DNA of 64,000 nt from Burkholderiales bacterium (GCA_020854105.1 JADZGB010000002.1:1695-65694), one strand, 5' to 3'; positions 19,828-30,738 are shown, counted from the first letter of the stretch. Notes: a model not told the origin generated them from the letters alone. A program made the numbers and translations.

Positions 19828-20504
19828 TGCAGCAGATTCCTCTCGATTTCACGGCCGCGGCCCAGCCGGCACTCGACAACTTCGTGGCCGGCGCCAATGC
19901 CGAGGTGCTGAGCACCGTTGGTGCGCTGGCCGTGGGGGCGGGCAGCGAGCGCTGCGTATGCCTGTGGGGTCCGCCGGGATCGGGCCGCACGCATCTGCTG
20001 CGCGCGGCCGTGGCGCAGGTGCGCGAGGCAGGCGGCAGCGCACTCTACGCGCACGCACCCCTGCCCGATGCAGAGGATGCGGCCGGGGCGCTGCTGGCGA
20101 TCGATGACATCGAGACGCTCGACGCATCGGCCCAGGTGCGCCTGTTCTCGCTGCTCGATGCCGCTGCGCGCGGGGAACTGCGGCTGCTGCTGGCAGCGGC
20201 CAACGCACCGACCGCGCTGCCCCTGCGCGAGGACGTGCGCACGCGCGTGGCGCTCGGGCTGGTGCTGCAGGTGCGCCCGCTCACCGATGAGCAGAAGCGC
20301 GAGGCGCTCGCGGCGCACGCACATGCCCGCAGCTTCGATCTCCCGCGCGAGGTGCTCGACTATCTGCTGGTGCACGGACGGCGCGATCTGCCCTCGCTCA
20401 TGGCCGTGCTCGATGCGGCGGACCGCTACTCCCTGCAGACCAAGCGTGCGGTATCGCTCGCGCTGGTGCGCGAGGTGCTCGAGCGCACCCGGCGCGGCGA
20501 CTGA
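19827..20504 (+). CDS. hda: DnaA regulatory inactivator Hda
   Basis: MQQIPLDF..., Walker A GPPGSGRTHLL, about 225 aa. The ATG overlaps the upstream stop (TGATG). The longer Arg-rich ORF start at 19683 is rejected. Confidence 0.85.
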   Translation: MQQIPLDFTAAAQPALDNFVAGANAEVLSTVGALAVGAGSERCVCLWGPPGSGRTHLLRAAVAQVREAGGSALYAHAPLPDAEDAAGALLAIDDIETLDASAQVRLFSLLDAAARGELRLLLAAANAPTALPLREDVRTRVALGLVLQVRPLTDEQKREALAAHAHARSFDLPREVLDYLLVHGRRDLPSLMAVLDAADRYSLQTKRAVSLALVREVLERTRRGD

Positions 20505-20507
20505 GGC

Positions 20508-21173
20508 TCACTTGCCGAGCAGATAGCGCCGGTCGTCGAAGGTGCTGACCCAGCTCGGCCGGTACACCACCAGCAGGGTGATGGCAGCGCCGGTGGTGAA
20601 GGCCTCGGCCCACGACATCAGCAGATACCAGGGCAGGTAGTCCGAGCGCAGATACTCCAGCGGATAGACGTCCGCCCCGGCGAGCAGCGCGCTCGCCATC
20701 ACGCCCACCGCGATCATTCCCAGCGCAGTGCCGAAGAAGGCGTTGCCGAAGATGTAGACGAAGAAGTGACTGGGAAGCCAGCGTTCCACCGTGCGCAGGG
20801 CGAGCGTGCTCACCGCGATCGGCACCACGCCCATGAGCAGCACGTTCACCGGTATGCTCCACGGTTCCAGCGTGCCGGCCACGGCGTTGAGGACAGCCAC
20901 CAGCGCCATGGCGATCAGTGCCAGGTGCGGACCGAACATGAGGGTGCTGGCGCTGGCACCGAGAAGATGGAAGCCCAGTCCCGGGTGGATGCCCGCCCGC
21001 ATCTGCCACAGCGCGAACAGCGCGACGATGGCGCCTAGCCACGCATGACTGAAGGAGGACTGGCGCAGCCTCGCCCAGGGCGCCTTCGCGGCGCACCACG
21101 CGACCAGGCCGCCCGTGAGCAGCAGGGAGAGCCAGTACCATGTCGGAGGCAGCAGGGTCGAGGTCAGGTTCAT
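20508..21173 (-). CDS. Polytopic membrane protein of unknown function
   Basis: 221 aa with 6-7 hydrophobic helices; no motif recognised. Confidence 0.6.
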   Translation of the reverse strand: MNLTSTLLPPTWYWLSLLLTGGLVAWCAAKAPWARLRQSSFSHAWLGAIVALFALWQMRAGIHPGLGFHLLGASASTLMFGPHLALIAMALVAVLNAVAGTLEPWSIPVNVLLMGVVPIAVSTLALRTVERWLPSHFFVYIFGNAFFGTALGMIAVGVMASALLAGADVYPLEYLRSDYLPWYLLMSWAEAFTTGAAITLLVVYRPSWVSTFDDRRYLLGK

Positions 21174-21339
21174 GCTCGCGATCGGCTATACTTCGCGCCC
21201 GCCGGCATGACCGTGGGCTCCATGTAAACGGAGATCGGGAAATCGTGAATGTACCGGCTGCGGCCGCGGGCGGTCGCGTTCACCGTGATTCTCAGCACTT
21301 GCCGCGCCCGCTCCGAGCGGTGCCGTCTTCCGTCTGCGG

Positions 21340-22005
21340 ATGAAGCCTATGCGCCTTGCCTTGTTCGATCTCGACAACACGCTGCTCGCCGGGGACAGCG
21401 ACTTCGAGTGGGCGCAGTTCCTCATCGACCAGGGCGTGCTCGACCGCGAAGTCTACGAGGCTCGCAACAAGGACTTCTACGAGCAGTACAAGGCGGGCAC
21501 GCTGGACATCCACGAATTCCTCGACTTCCAGCTCAAGCCCCTGGCACGCCACGAGCGCGCCCAGCTGGACGAGTGGCACCGCGAGTTCATGCGCTCGCGC
21601 ATTATGCCGCTGATCACGCGCAAGGCACGTGACCTGGTGCACAGCCATGCCCATGATGCACGCGTGGTCGTCACCGCCACCAACAGCTTCGTGACCGCAC
21701 CGATCGCGCGCGAGTTCGGCATCGAATATCTGATTGCCACCGAGCCGGAGGCCGTCAACGGCGAGTTCACCGGGCGCGTCTCGGGCGTGCCCTCGTTCCG
21801 CGACGGCAAGGTCACGCGGGTCGAGGCCTGGCTGGCCGAGCACGGACTGACCTGGAGTTCCTTCTCCACCTCGTTCTTCTACAGCGATTCCCTCAACGAC
21901 CTGCCCCTGCTGCACAAGGTGAGCGACCCGGTCGCCGTCGACCCCGACGAGACGCTCAAGGAGTGCGCGCTCGAGAAGGGGTGGATGATCATCAGCCTGC
22001 GCTGA
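21340..22005 (+). CDS. HAD-IB family hydrolase (phosphoserine-phosphatase-like)
   Basis: LFDLDNTLL motif I, VVVTATNSF motif II, YSDSLNDLPLL motif IV. Confidence 0.88.
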   Translation: MKPMRLALFDLDNTLLAGDSDFEWAQFLIDQGVLDREVYEARNKDFYEQYKAGTLDIHEFLDFQLKPLARHERAQLDEWHREFMRSRIMPLITRKARDLVHSHAHDARVVVTATNSFVTAPIAREFGIEYLIATEPEAVNGEFTGRVSGVPSFRDGKVTRVEAWLAEHGLTWSSFSTSFFYSDSLNDLPLLHKVSDPVAVDPDETLKECALEKGWMIISLR

Positions 22006-22043
22006 GGGCGGATGCACGCTGCCGCACGGCCCGCGTTGCCCGG

Positions 22044-23012
22044 GTGAGCCAGCGACCGGCGGTGCTCGCGCTGCTGCTCGCGGCAGCGGCCCTCCTCAGC
22101 ACGCTGCTCGCGCTCGGCATCGGCAGTCACCCGCTCTCCCCGGGCGATCTGTGGGCGGCCATTACGGGCGAGCCGGGGCTCGCGCACGACATCGTCATGC
22201 AGGTGCGCCGGCCGCGCGCCGCAGCCGCACTCGCGTGCGGCGCCCTGCTGTCTCTCGCCGGCGTGCTGCTGCAGGTGCTGCTGCGCAATCCCCTGGCCGA
22301 CCCGTACGTGCTGGGCATCTCCGGCGGCGCGGCCCTTGGCGTGCTGCTCGCCATGCTGGCCGGCGTCGCCGCCTGGATGCAGCCTTTCACCGGATTCGCC
22401 GGGGCGTTCGCGGCCGCGGTGACGGTGTTCGCGCTCGGTTACCGGGCGGGCGACTGGAACCTGTACCGCCTGCTGCTCACCGGCGTGGTGCTGGCTGCGG
22501 GATGCGGCGCGGTGCTCAGCCTGGTGCTCGTGCTTGCACCGGGCGCGGCGATCAAGGGCATGCTGTTCTGGCTCATGGGTGATCTGTCCGGCGTGAGCGT
22601 GAGCTGGCCGGCCTGGGCGGTGGCCCTGCTGCTCGGGGCGGGGGCGACCGCCCTGGGCGGCGCGCTCAATGTCCTGGCTCTGGGACGCCAGCAGGCAGCG
22701 GTGCTCGGCGTGCCGGTGGCGATCGCGGAAACCCTCGTCTACGCCGCCGCTGCGCTGGCGACGGTCAGCGCAGTCGTGCTGGGCGGCACCATCGGCTTCG
22801 TGGGGCTGATCGTGCCGCATCTGATCCGCCTGCTGGGCGTGTCCGACCTGCGCTGGCTGGTGCCCTTGTCGATGCTCGCCGGCGCGGCGTTCCTGTGCCT
22901 GGCGGACACGCTGGCGCGGTCGCTGTTCGCGCCGCTGCAGCTCCCGGTGGGCGTGTTCACTGCGCTGCTCGGCGTGCCGGTGATGCTGCTGCTGCTGGGA
23001 CGCCGCCCGTGA
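22044..23012 (+). CDS. FecCD/BtuC-family iron-chelate or cobalamin ABC permease
   Basis: Polytopic, typical FecCD sequence (PLADPYVLGISGGAALG). Start uncertain: GTG at 22044, or ATG at 21963, which would overlap the HAD gene by 43 nt. Confidence 0.85.
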   Translation: MSQRPAVLALLLAAAALLSTLLALGIGSHPLSPGDLWAAITGEPGLAHDIVMQVRRPRAAAALACGALLSLAGVLLQVLLRNPLADPYVLGISGGAALGVLLAMLAGVAAWMQPFTGFAGAFAAAVTVFALGYRAGDWNLYRLLLTGVVLAAGCGAVLSLVLVLAPGAAIKGMLFWLMGDLSGVSVSWPAWAVALLLGAGATALGGALNVLALGRQQAAVLGVPVAIAETLVYAAAALATVSAVVLGGTIGFVGLIVPHLIRLLGVSDLRWLVPLSMLAGAAFLCLADTLARSLFAPLQLPVGVFTALLGVPVMLLLLGRRP

Positions 23013-23779
23013 GCCTGCTGCAGGCACGCACGCTAGCCATCGGCTATCCGGGGCGCACGCTGGTGCGGCGACTCGATCTCACCGTCGATCCGGGACAGGT
23101 GTGGGCGCTGCTGGGCAACAACGGCAGCGGCAAGAGCACGCTGCTGCACACCCTCGCGGGGCTGCGCGCGCCGCTCGAAGGCGGCGTCGAGCTGGACGGC
23201 CGCGCGCTGCCGTCGTTCTCCGCCCCGGCGCGGGCGCGCCGGCTCGGGCTGCTGCTGCAGGAGGACGTGAGCGGATTCTGGGGGACGGTGCGCGACTACG
23301 TGCTGCTCGGGCGCTATCCGCACCGGCGCAGCCTGTGGGGCTGGAGCGAGGCGGATTTCGCCAGCGCCGACGCGGCGATTGCCGTGGTCGACCTGGGCGG
23401 ACGCGCGCAGCGTGCGCTCGGTGCCCTGTCCGGCGGTGAGCGGCAGCGCGCCCGCCTGGCCATGCTGTTCGCACAGGCGCCCGTGCTGCTGCTGCTCGAC
23501 GAGCCGCTCCAGCACCTGGATCTGCGCCACCAGCGCGAACTGCTGGCGCGTCTGCGTGCCTGGGCGGGTGAGCGCGGTCGCGCGGTGCTGATGAGCCTGC
23601 ACGACCCGCGCGCCGCCCGGCGCGTCTGCGATCGTGCGCTGCTGCTGTTCGACGACGGCAGCTGGCAGGCGGGCGAGGCGCACGCGCTGCTCGACGACGC
23701 CTGTCTGGAACGCCTGTACGGCTGCCCGCTGGACGAGGCGTCTGCTTCGGGGCAGGGCGCTTCCGGGCGGCATGTATAA
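23009..23779 (+). CDS. ABC transporter ATP-binding protein (FecE/BtuD-like)
   Basis: GNNGSGKSTLL, LSGGERQR, LLLDEP. The GTG overlaps the permease stop (GTGA). Confidence 0.9.
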   Translation: MSLLQARTLAIGYPGRTLVRRLDLTVDPGQVWALLGNNGSGKSTLLHTLAGLRAPLEGGVELDGRALPSFSAPARARRLGLLLQEDVSGFWGTVRDYVLLGRYPHRRSLWGWSEADFASADAAIAVVDLGGRAQRALGALSGGERQRARLAMLFAQAPVLLLLDEPLQHLDLRHQRELLARLRAWAGERGRAVLMSLHDPRAARRVCDRALLLFDDGSWQAGEAHALLDDACLERLYGCPLDEASASGQGASGRHV

Positions 23780-23830
23780 TCCGGGCATGCTGCTGCCCGG
23801 GTTCGCCCCCGCCACATCCTTCCCGCCGCG

Positions 23831-25204
23831 ATGATCCGCCGCCTCCTGCAGCGCGTCTTCTCCGGGCGCACCGGGAAGAACAAGGATCCCCTGATCATCC
23901 CCTTCCAACGGCACGGCGTCGCGGCCGAGCGCATCAGCCCGTGCGCGGGCAAGGTCGTGGCCGGACTGCAGGAGGCCGGCTACAGCGCGTTCGTGGTCGG
24001 CGGCGCGGTGCGCGACCTGCTCGTCGACCTCGAGCCCAAGGACTACGACGTGGCCACGAGCGCGACGCCCGAGCAGGTGAAGGCGGTGTTCCGGCGCTCG
24101 CGCATCATCGGGCGCCGCTTCCGCCTGGTGCACGTCATGTGCGGCCAGGACACGGTCGAGGTGTCGACCTTCCGCGGATCGGTCAACGGCGAAGGCGGCG
24201 GCCAGATGCACGACGAGCACGGACGCATCCTGCGCGACAACGTGTTCGGCACGCAGGCCGAGGACGCACTGCGCCGCGACTTCACCATCAATGCCCTGTT
24301 CTACGATCCGCGCTCGCAGGAGATCCTGGATTACTGCGGCGGCTTCGACGATCTGCGCAAGCGCGTGATCCGGATGATCGGCGTGCCCGACCAGCGCTAC
24401 CGCGAGGATCCCGTGCGCATGCTGCGTGCGGTGCGGCTCGCCGCCAAGGTAGGCGGGCACGTCGAACCGCGCACGCGCGAGCCGATCCGGGAACTCGCGC
24501 CGCTGCTCCAGAACGTCCCGCCCGCACGCCTGTTCGAGGAGATGCTCAAGCTGCTGCTGTCCGGGCACGCGACGGAGTGCCTGCTGCAGTTGCGTAACGA
24601 GGGCCTGCACCACGGCGTGCTGCCGATGCTGGACGTCATCCTCGAGCAGCCCATGGGCGAGCGTTTCGTCATGCTGGCGCTCAACAAGACCGACGAGCGC
24701 GTGCGCGAGGGCAAGGGGGTATCGCCCGCGTTCCTGTTCGCCGCCCTGCTGTGGCACGAGGTGCTGGCCGCGTGGCGCTCGCGCGAGGCGGGCGGCATGA
24801 GGCCCGTCCCCGCGCTGCACGAGGCGATGGACGAAGTGGTCAGCGCACAGGTCGAGAAACTGGCGATCCCGCGGCGCTTCACCAGCGACATGAAGGAGCT
24901 GTGGGAGCTGCAGCCGCGCCTGCTCAACCGCTCGGGCAAGCGACCCTATCGTCTCCTCGAGCACCCGCGCCTGCGCGCGGGCTACGACTTCCTGCTGCTG
25001 CGCTGCGAGAGCGGCGAGGTCGAGTCGGAGATCGCGCAGTGGTGGGACGACTTCATGCGCGGCAGCGAGGACCAGCGTGCCAGTCTGCTGTTGCCCGACA
25101 GCGGGCCCAAGCGCAGACGGCGCCGGCGCAAGCCGGCCGGCGCTGCCGAGGCCGCCGAGGAGCCGGCGCACGACATGGCAGATGAACCCTCCGCCGAGTC
25201 CTGA
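23831..25204 (+). CDS. pcnB: Poly(A) polymerase I
   Basis: 457 aa; GGAVRDLL..PKDYDVAT nucleotidyltransferase head; basic C-terminal tail. Confidence 0.94.
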   Translation: MIRRLLQRVFSGRTGKNKDPLIIPFQRHGVAAERISPCAGKVVAGLQEAGYSAFVVGGAVRDLLVDLEPKDYDVATSATPEQVKAVFRRSRIIGRRFRLVHVMCGQDTVEVSTFRGSVNGEGGGQMHDEHGRILRDNVFGTQAEDALRRDFTINALFYDPRSQEILDYCGGFDDLRKRVIRMIGVPDQRYREDPVRMLRAVRLAAKVGGHVEPRTREPIRELAPLLQNVPPARLFEEMLKLLLSGHATECLLQLRNEGLHHGVLPMLDVILEQPMGERFVMLALNKTDERVREGKGVSPAFLFAALLWHEVLAAWRSREAGGMRPVPALHEAMDEVVSAQVEKLAIPRRFTSDMKELWELQPRLLNRSGKRPYRLLEHPRLRAGYDFLLLRCESGEVESEIAQWWDDFMRGSEDQRASLLLPDSGPKRRRRRRKPAGAAEAAEEPAHDMADEPSAES

Positions 25205-25694
25205 GGTACGCACGCGCGCATATGTCGGGGTCGGCAGCAACCTGAACGATCCCGCCCGTCATGTGCGCGAGGCCATGGCCGCACTCGAGCAGCTGCCGTC
25301 CACGGCTGTCGCGGCGCGTGCCTCGCTCTATCGCAGCGCGCCGGTCGGCCGGATCGACCAGCCCGATTTCGTGAACAGCGTGGCCGCGCTGGACACGGCA
25401 CTGGCGCCGCAGGAACTGCTCGACCGGCTGCTCGCCATCGAGGCGCGGCACGGGCGCGTGCGCGGCGAGCGCAATGCGCCGCGCACGCTCGATCTGGACC
25501 TCCTGCTGTACGGCGAGCAGCGCGTGCAGGGCCCGGCGCTGACGCTGCCGCATCCGCGCATGCACGAACGCGCCTTCGTCCTGCTTCCGCTTGCCGAGCT
25601 CGACGCCGGCGCACGCGTGCCGGGACACGGCTGCGTGCGCGATCTGCTCGACGCAGTGGCCGGCCAGCGCGTCACGCGCATGCAGGAGCCCTGA
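25182..25694 (+). CDS. folK: 2-amino-4-hydroxy-6-hydroxymethyldihydropteridine diphosphokinase
   Basis: YVGVGSNL, YRSAPVG, PRTLDLDLL, LPHPRMHERAFVL. The ATG at 25182 overlaps the pcnB tail. Confidence 0.9.
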   Translation: MNPPPSPEVRTRAYVGVGSNLNDPARHVREAMAALEQLPSTAVAARASLYRSAPVGRIDQPDFVNSVAALDTALAPQELLDRLLAIEARHGRVRGERNAPRTLDLDLLLYGEQRVQGPALTLPHPRMHERAFVLLPLAELDAGARVPGHGCVRDLLDAVAGQRVTRMQEP

Positions 25695-25696
25695 GC

Positions 25697-26335
25697 ATGC
25701 AGCGCGAGCGCCGCTACATCGTCGTGGAGGGGCCCATCGGCGCCGGCAAGACCACGCTCGCCCGCCTGCTCGGCGAGCGCTCCGGCGCCGATCTGCTGCT
25801 GGAGAATCCGGACGATAATCCCTTCCTCGCCGACTTCTACCAGGATCAGCGGCGCTGGGCGCTCGCCACCCAGCTGTTCTTCCTGTTCCAGCGCGTGAAC
25901 CAGTTGAGCGGACTCAAGCAGCTCGACCTGTTCGAGCAGCCGACCGTGGCGGACTTCCTGTTCGCGAAGGATCCGCTGTTCGCCCGGCTCAACCTGCTCG
26001 ACGACGAGCTGATCCTGTATCAGCGCATCTACGCGCATCTCGCCCCGCAGGTGCCCACGCCCGATCTGGTCATCTACCTGCAGGCGCCGGTGGACACGCT
26101 CATGACCCGCATCCGCCGGCGCGGCACGCCGTCCGAGCGGGCTATCGAGGAGGACTACATCCGCCGGCTGGCCGATGCCTACGGCCGCTTCTTCCACGAC
26201 TTCGCCGCCTCGCCGCTGCTGATCGTCAACAGCCAGAATCTGAATTTTGTTGATCGGCCGGAGGATTTTGATTTATTGTTGCGCCGCATCACCGAGATGC
26301 GCGGCCCGCGCGAGTTCTTCAGCCTGGGCAGATAG
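25697..26335 (+). CDS. Deoxynucleoside kinase family protein
   Basis: 212 aa; P-loop GPIGAGKTT; dNK-like DR(S/F) region. Confidence 0.8.
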   Translation: MQRERRYIVVEGPIGAGKTTLARLLGERSGADLLLENPDDNPFLADFYQDQRRWALATQLFFLFQRVNQLSGLKQLDLFEQPTVADFLFAKDPLFARLNLLDDELILYQRIYAHLAPQVPTPDLVIYLQAPVDTLMTRIRRRGTPSERAIEEDYIRRLADAYGRFFHDFAASPLLIVNSQNLNFVDRPEDFDLLLRRITEMRGPREFFSLGR

Positions 26336-26391
26336 AGGGCACGGCAACATACCGGTGCGCCGATCGGCGCAGGGGTGGCGGCGAGGAAGAA

Positions 26392-27228
26392 ATGGAAGTC
26401 ATCGGTACGCTCGAGGCGCTGCGGGCGCGACTGCGCGGTGAACCCGCCATCGCCTGCGTGCCCACCATGGGCAACATCCACCAGGGCCATCTCTCACTGG
26501 TGCGCATCGCGTGCGAGCACGCGCCGCTGGTGGTCACCACCATCTTCGTCAATCGCCTGCAGTTCGGCGCCAACGAGGACTTCGACGGCTACCCACGCAC
26601 TTTCGAGGACGACTGCGACTCGCTGGAGCGCGCCGGCAATGCCATCGTGTTCCATCCGAACGAATCGCAGATGTATCCGGAGCCGCAGGTATTCACCGTG
26701 GAGCCGCCGGCCGTGGCCAACAAGCTGGAGGGCCGCTTCCGGCCCGGGCACTTCCGCGGCGTGGCGACCGTGGTCCTGAAGCTGTTCAACATGGTACAGC
26801 CGCACTACGCCGTGTTCGGCAAGAAGGACTACCAGCAGATCTCCATCGTGCGCCACATGGTCGAGCAGCTCGCCCTGCCGGTGAGGATCATTCCGGCGGA
26901 GACGGTGCGCGCCGACGACGGACTCGCACTCAGTTCGCGCAACCGCTACCTGACGGCCGAGCAGCGCAGCGAGGCGCCGCGGCTCAACAGCGTATTGCGC
27001 CGCGTACGCGAGCAGGTGGAGGCGGGCGACCGCAATTTCGAGGCGATCGAGTTCGCTGCCGATGCGGAACTCGCGCGCCATGGCTGGCACGTCGATTACG
27101 TGGTGGTGCGCAGCCGCCGAACGCTGATGCAGCCCGGTGCGCGGGAGCGCGAGCTGGTGGTGCTGGGCGCCGCCAAGCTCGGCAATACCCGCCTGATCGA
27201 CAATCTCGAGATCCTCGCGCCCGCGTAG
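26392..27228 (+). CDS. panC: Pantoate--beta-alanine ligase
   Basis: [17 protein letters not shown]-type motif; FGKKDYQQ. Confidence 0.96.
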   Translation: MEVIGTLEALRARLRGEPAIACVPTMGNIHQGHLSLVRIACEHAPLVVTTIFVNRLQFGANEDFDGYPRTFEDDCDSLERAGNAIVFHPNESQMYPEPQVFTVEPPAVANKLEGRFRPGHFRGVATVVLKLFNMVQPHYAVFGKKDYQQISIVRHMVEQLALPVRIIPAETVRADDGLALSSRNRYLTAEQRSEAPRLNSVLRRVREQVEAGDRNFEAIEFAADAELARHGWHVDYVVVRSRRTLMQPGARERELVVLGAAKLGNTRLIDNLEILAPA

Positions 27229-27461
27229 CGTCGCGACGGCGCGGCAGTTACGCGACCGAAACAAACGGAAACCGCGCGGACACGCTCCACGCATCCCCTT
27301 CATGTACCCTGCCCGCAGGGACGTGAGTGCTCGTCTCACGGCTCCGCCGCTTCGATTCCGAACGGCACAACGCGGCTGCATCGCGAAAAGAACAGATACC
27401 GGCTCGCCGTCGATCGGCTTTCTCTAAGGTTTGATCCGCAGCACCTTAGGAGGAGGTTCGA

Positions 27462-28814
27462 ATGTCACCTGCACGCTTCCCTGGCCGCCGCATGCGCCGC
27501 GGCCTGCTCGCCCCGCTCGCGGCGATCGGAATCGCCGTCTGCGCAGTGCTCGCCCCGTTGGCCGCGTCCGCCGACGAGACCTGCAACTCTCCCTACATGC
27601 GCAACCTGATCAGGGGTCAGGAGGACTACGTCTACGTGTGGACGCTCGGCGTCGAGGGCATGGGCGATGGCTCCGACAAGCTCGTCACCGTGGACGTGAA
27701 CCCCTCGTCGAAGCAGTACGGCAAGGTGGCGCACGTGCTGTCCGTGGGTACGCGCGGCGAGGCGCACCACATGGGCTTCACCGACGATCGCCGTCACCTG
27801 TGGGCGGGCGGGCTGGACGACAGCCGCGTCTACATCTTCGACGTGTACAGCGATCCGTCCCGGCCGAAGCTGGTGCGCACGCTGTCCGACCTGCCGCAAC
27901 GCACCGGACTGGTCGGCCCGCATACCTTCTACGCCATGCCGGGCCGTATGCTGGTGCAGTTCCTGTCCAACAGCAAGGACCACGGCGGCGTGACCGGCAT
28001 GGCCATGTTCACCAACAAGGGCGAACTGATCCGCACCTACGGCATGCCGACCGGGAGCGGCGGGGACGGGTACGGATACGACATAGGCATCAATCCGAAG
28101 AAGAACGTCATGCTCACCTCCAGCTTCTCCGGCTGGAACAACTACATGATGGACTTCGGCAAGATGCTCCAGGACCAGGAGGCGATGAAGCGCTTCGGTC
28201 GGACCATGGTGCTGTGGGATGCCAAGTCGATGAAATCGGAGAAGGTCCTCGACGTGCCCGGCGCACCGCTGGAGATCCGCTGGTCGCTGAACCAGGAGGA
28301 CAACTGGGCCGTCACCGCCTCCGCGCTCACCTCGCAGCTGTGGCTGATCAAGCAGGATGGCAACGGCCAATGGCAGGCGAAGGCCGTCGCCGCCATCGGC
28401 GACCCGGCTCAGGTCCCGCTGCCGGTGGACATCAGCATCACCGCGGACGGCAAGGGGCTGTGGGTGAATACCTTCATGGACGGCAAGACCCGCTTCATCG
28501 ATCTCACCGATCCGGAGCATCCGCGCCAGACCTACGAGAAGGTGACGGGAAAGCAGGTGAACATGGTCTCGCAGAGCTGGGACGGCACGCGCGTGTACAT
28601 CACCTCGTCGCTGCTCGCGAACTGGGACAAGAAGGGCGAGAACGACGAGCAGATGCTGCGCGCCTTCGCCTGGGACGGCAAGGATTTGCAGCCGTTGTTC
28701 GAGGTCGACTTCTATGCCCAGAACCTCGGCCGCGCCCACCACATGAAATTCGGCAGCAACGCGATCAAGGCAGCCTATGAACCGCTCGACGCCACGCTCG
28801 CGCAGAATCGCTAG
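27462..28814 (+). CDS. mtoX: Selenium-binding-protein (SBP56) family protein, probable periplasmic methanethiol oxidase
   Basis: 450 aa with an Arg-rich signal peptide and SBP56-type sequence (GEAHHMGFTDDRRHLWAGGLDDSRVYIFDV). Followed by SCO1 and MauG genes, as described for mtoX clusters. Confidence 0.8.
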   Translation: MSPARFPGRRMRRGLLAPLAAIGIAVCAVLAPLAASADETCNSPYMRNLIRGQEDYVYVWTLGVEGMGDGSDKLVTVDVNPSSKQYGKVAHVLSVGTRGEAHHMGFTDDRRHLWAGGLDDSRVYIFDVYSDPSRPKLVRTLSDLPQRTGLVGPHTFYAMPGRMLVQFLSNSKDHGGVTGMAMFTNKGELIRTYGMPTGSGGDGYGYDIGINPKKNVMLTSSFSGWNNYMMDFGKMLQDQEAMKRFGRTMVLWDAKSMKSEKVLDVPGAPLEIRWSLNQEDNWAVTASALTSQLWLIKQDGNGQWQAKAVAAIGDPAQVPLPVDISITADGKGLWVNTFMDGKTRFIDLTDPEHPRQTYEKVTGKQVNMVSQSWDGTRVYITSSLLANWDKKGENDEQMLRAFAWDGKDLQPLFEVDFYAQNLGRAHHMKFGSNAIKAAYEPLDATLAQNR

Positions 28815-29466
28815 CCGATGGGCCGTCGGTGCGCTGGCGTTGCTCCTCCAGGGCGCGGCGCTGGCGCACGAGGCGCCCGCGCAGAAGCCGGGGTTCACGC
28901 CGCCCGCAGCGGGAACCTACCGGCTCGAGCGCATCATGCCGGCCCCCGACGGCAACGTCGTCGATGCCGCAGGGCAGCGCAGCCGGCTCGCCGCATACAC
29001 GACCGGCAAGGTCACGCTGCTCTCGCTCATGTACACCGCGTGCAGTGACGAGACCGGTTGTCCGGTGGCCTTCTACAGCATTGCATCGATCAGGCGCACG
29101 CTCGAGAAATCCGCCGCCGCTCATGGCCGCGTGCAGCTGGTCAGCATGTCGTTCGATCCGGACAACGACACGCCCGAGGTGATGCGCGCCTACGGCGGGT
29201 CGCAGGCCGGCGGCAGGGTAGGCGTGCCCTGGCATTTCCTGACCACCGAGTCGCGGCGTGAACTCGCGCCGCTGCTCGCCGGATTCGATCAGGATGTTTC
29301 GCGCCCCCGAGCAGCCGGGCCGAGCCAGGATCTGCTGCACGTGCTGAAGCTGTTCCTGATCGACCGGCGCGGCTGGGTGCGCGAGATCTACACCGCGTCC
29401 TATCTGGCACCCGCCATGGTGGTGAACGACATCAGGACGCTGCTGATGGAGGATGGTGCGTTGTAG
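28777..29466 (+). CDS. SCO1/SenC-family copper chaperone
   Basis: Thioredoxin-like fold with a CSDETGCP (CxxxC) copper site and an N-terminal anchor/signal. Confidence 0.85.
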   Translation: MNRSTPRSRRIASRWAVGALALLLQGAALAHEAPAQKPGFTPPAAGTYRLERIMPAPDGNVVDAAGQRSRLAAYTTGKVTLLSLMYTACSDETGCPVAFYSIASIRRTLEKSAAAHGRVQLVSMSFDPDNDTPEVMRAYGGSQAGGRVGVPWHFLTTESRRELAPLLAGFDQDVSRPRAAGPSQDLLHVLKLFLIDRRGWVREIYTASYLAPAMVVNDIRTLLMEDGAL

Positions 29467-29536
29467 ACTGGCGTGCGAGCCGGTCTGGCCCTCGCGGGCG
29501 GGCAGGGCCGGCCGCGCATCTGCAACGAGGAAGACG

Positions 29537-30664
29537 ATGCACGCTGCCAGCCTGGCGGCCGCCGGGGTCCTGATGCTGTCGTGTGCGGTCGCGGCCGCCG
29601 GTCCGCGCGGCGATACCGCGCGTCTGGGCCTGCCGGAGATCTCGGCTGCCGCATCGCGGGCGCAGGTCGATCTCGGCCGCAGGCTGTTCATGGATCGCCG
29701 GCTGTCGCGCAATGGCACGATGTCCTGCGGCATGTGCCACGTTCCCGAGCAGGGCTTCGCGCAGAACGAACTCGCCACCTCGATCGGCGTCGAGGGCCGG
29801 AGTCTGCGTCGCAACGCGCCCTCCGTGCTCAATTCCGGCTTCAACCAGTCCTACTTCCACGACGGGCGCGCGCGCACGCTCGAGGAGCAGGCCTGGGGGC
29901 CGCTGCTCGCGCCGGACGAGATGGGCAACGCGGACCGCGCAACCGTGGTGGGGCGCGTGGCTGCCCTGCAGGACTACCCGGACGCCTTCCGCCACGCCTT
30001 CGGCGATGCCGCGGTGTCCGAGCAGCGCATCGGGGTGGCGCTCGCGGCCTATCAGCGTTCGCTCGTGGCCGGCGGTTCCCGCTTCGACCGCTGGTACTAC
30101 GGCCAGGAGGAGGCAGCGATGAGCGCAGAGGAGAAGCGCGGCTTCGTCGTGTTCCGGGGCAAGGCGCAATGCAACGCCTGCCACGAGCTCGGGCGCACGC
30201 ACGCGCTGTTCACCGACGAGGCGTTCCACAATCTGGGCGTCGGCATCCCTGCCGCCGGTCCGGAGCAGTGGCTCGAGGTGCGGCTGGCGCCGGGTGTGAC
30301 GACGCGCATCCCGCACGCGCTGGTGCGCAGCGTCTCGGAGCCGCCCCGCAAGGACGAGGGACGCTTCGAGGTCACCGGCAGGCCGCAGGACCGCGCCGCC
30401 TACCGCACGCCCACGCTGCGCAACGTAGAACTGACCGCGCCCTACATGCACGACGGTTCGTTCGCCACACTGCGCGAGGTGGTCGACTTCTACGATCGCG
30501 GCGGCAACCCCAACGACAATCTCGACCGGCTCATTCTGCCGCTGTATCTGAGCGAACAGGACAAGCAGGATCTGGTCGCGTTCATGCGCGCGCTCACCGG
30601 CGCGAACGTCGACGAGCTGGCACGGCAAGCCAGGGCGGCCGCGGCGCAACCGGCCACGCGCTAG
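29537..30664 (+). CDS. Dihaem cytochrome c peroxidase / MauG-family protein
   Basis: Two haem motifs, CGMCH and CNACH, plus a signal peptide. The ATG at 29537 is preceded by GAGGAAG. The ORF start at 29453 is rejected. Confidence 0.88.
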   Translation: MHAASLAAAGVLMLSCAVAAAGPRGDTARLGLPEISAAASRAQVDLGRRLFMDRRLSRNGTMSCGMCHVPEQGFAQNELATSIGVEGRSLRRNAPSVLNSGFNQSYFHDGRARTLEEQAWGPLLAPDEMGNADRATVVGRVAALQDYPDAFRHAFGDAAVSEQRIGVALAAYQRSLVAGGSRFDRWYYGQEEAAMSAEEKRGFVVFRGKAQCNACHELGRTHALFTDEAFHNLGVGIPAAGPEQWLEVRLAPGVTTRIPHALVRSVSEPPRKDEGRFEVTGRPQDRAAYRTPTLRNVELTAPYMHDGSFATLREVVDFYDRGGNPNDNLDRLILPLYLSEQDKQDLVAFMRALTGANVDELARQARAAAAQPATR

Positions 30665-30738
30665 AAGCCGGTGCGCGACATCTGCGCGCATCCCCATAGG
30701 CCATGGGGCGCAGCTCCGATGCTATACTCGCCGGCGAC

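Noticed and set aside
23033-25240. 735-aa ORF antisense to the ABC ATPase and pcnB genes
   Set aside because: Same GC-driven artefact. It spans two well-supported genes on the opposite strand and has a low-complexity Arg/Ala/Leu composition.
27364-27380. Sigma54-like GGCAC-N-TGCA element upstream of the methanethiol oxidase gene
   Set aside because: The GG-to-GC spacing is two nucleotides longer than the strict -24/-12 geometry, so it is not a credible RpoN promoter.
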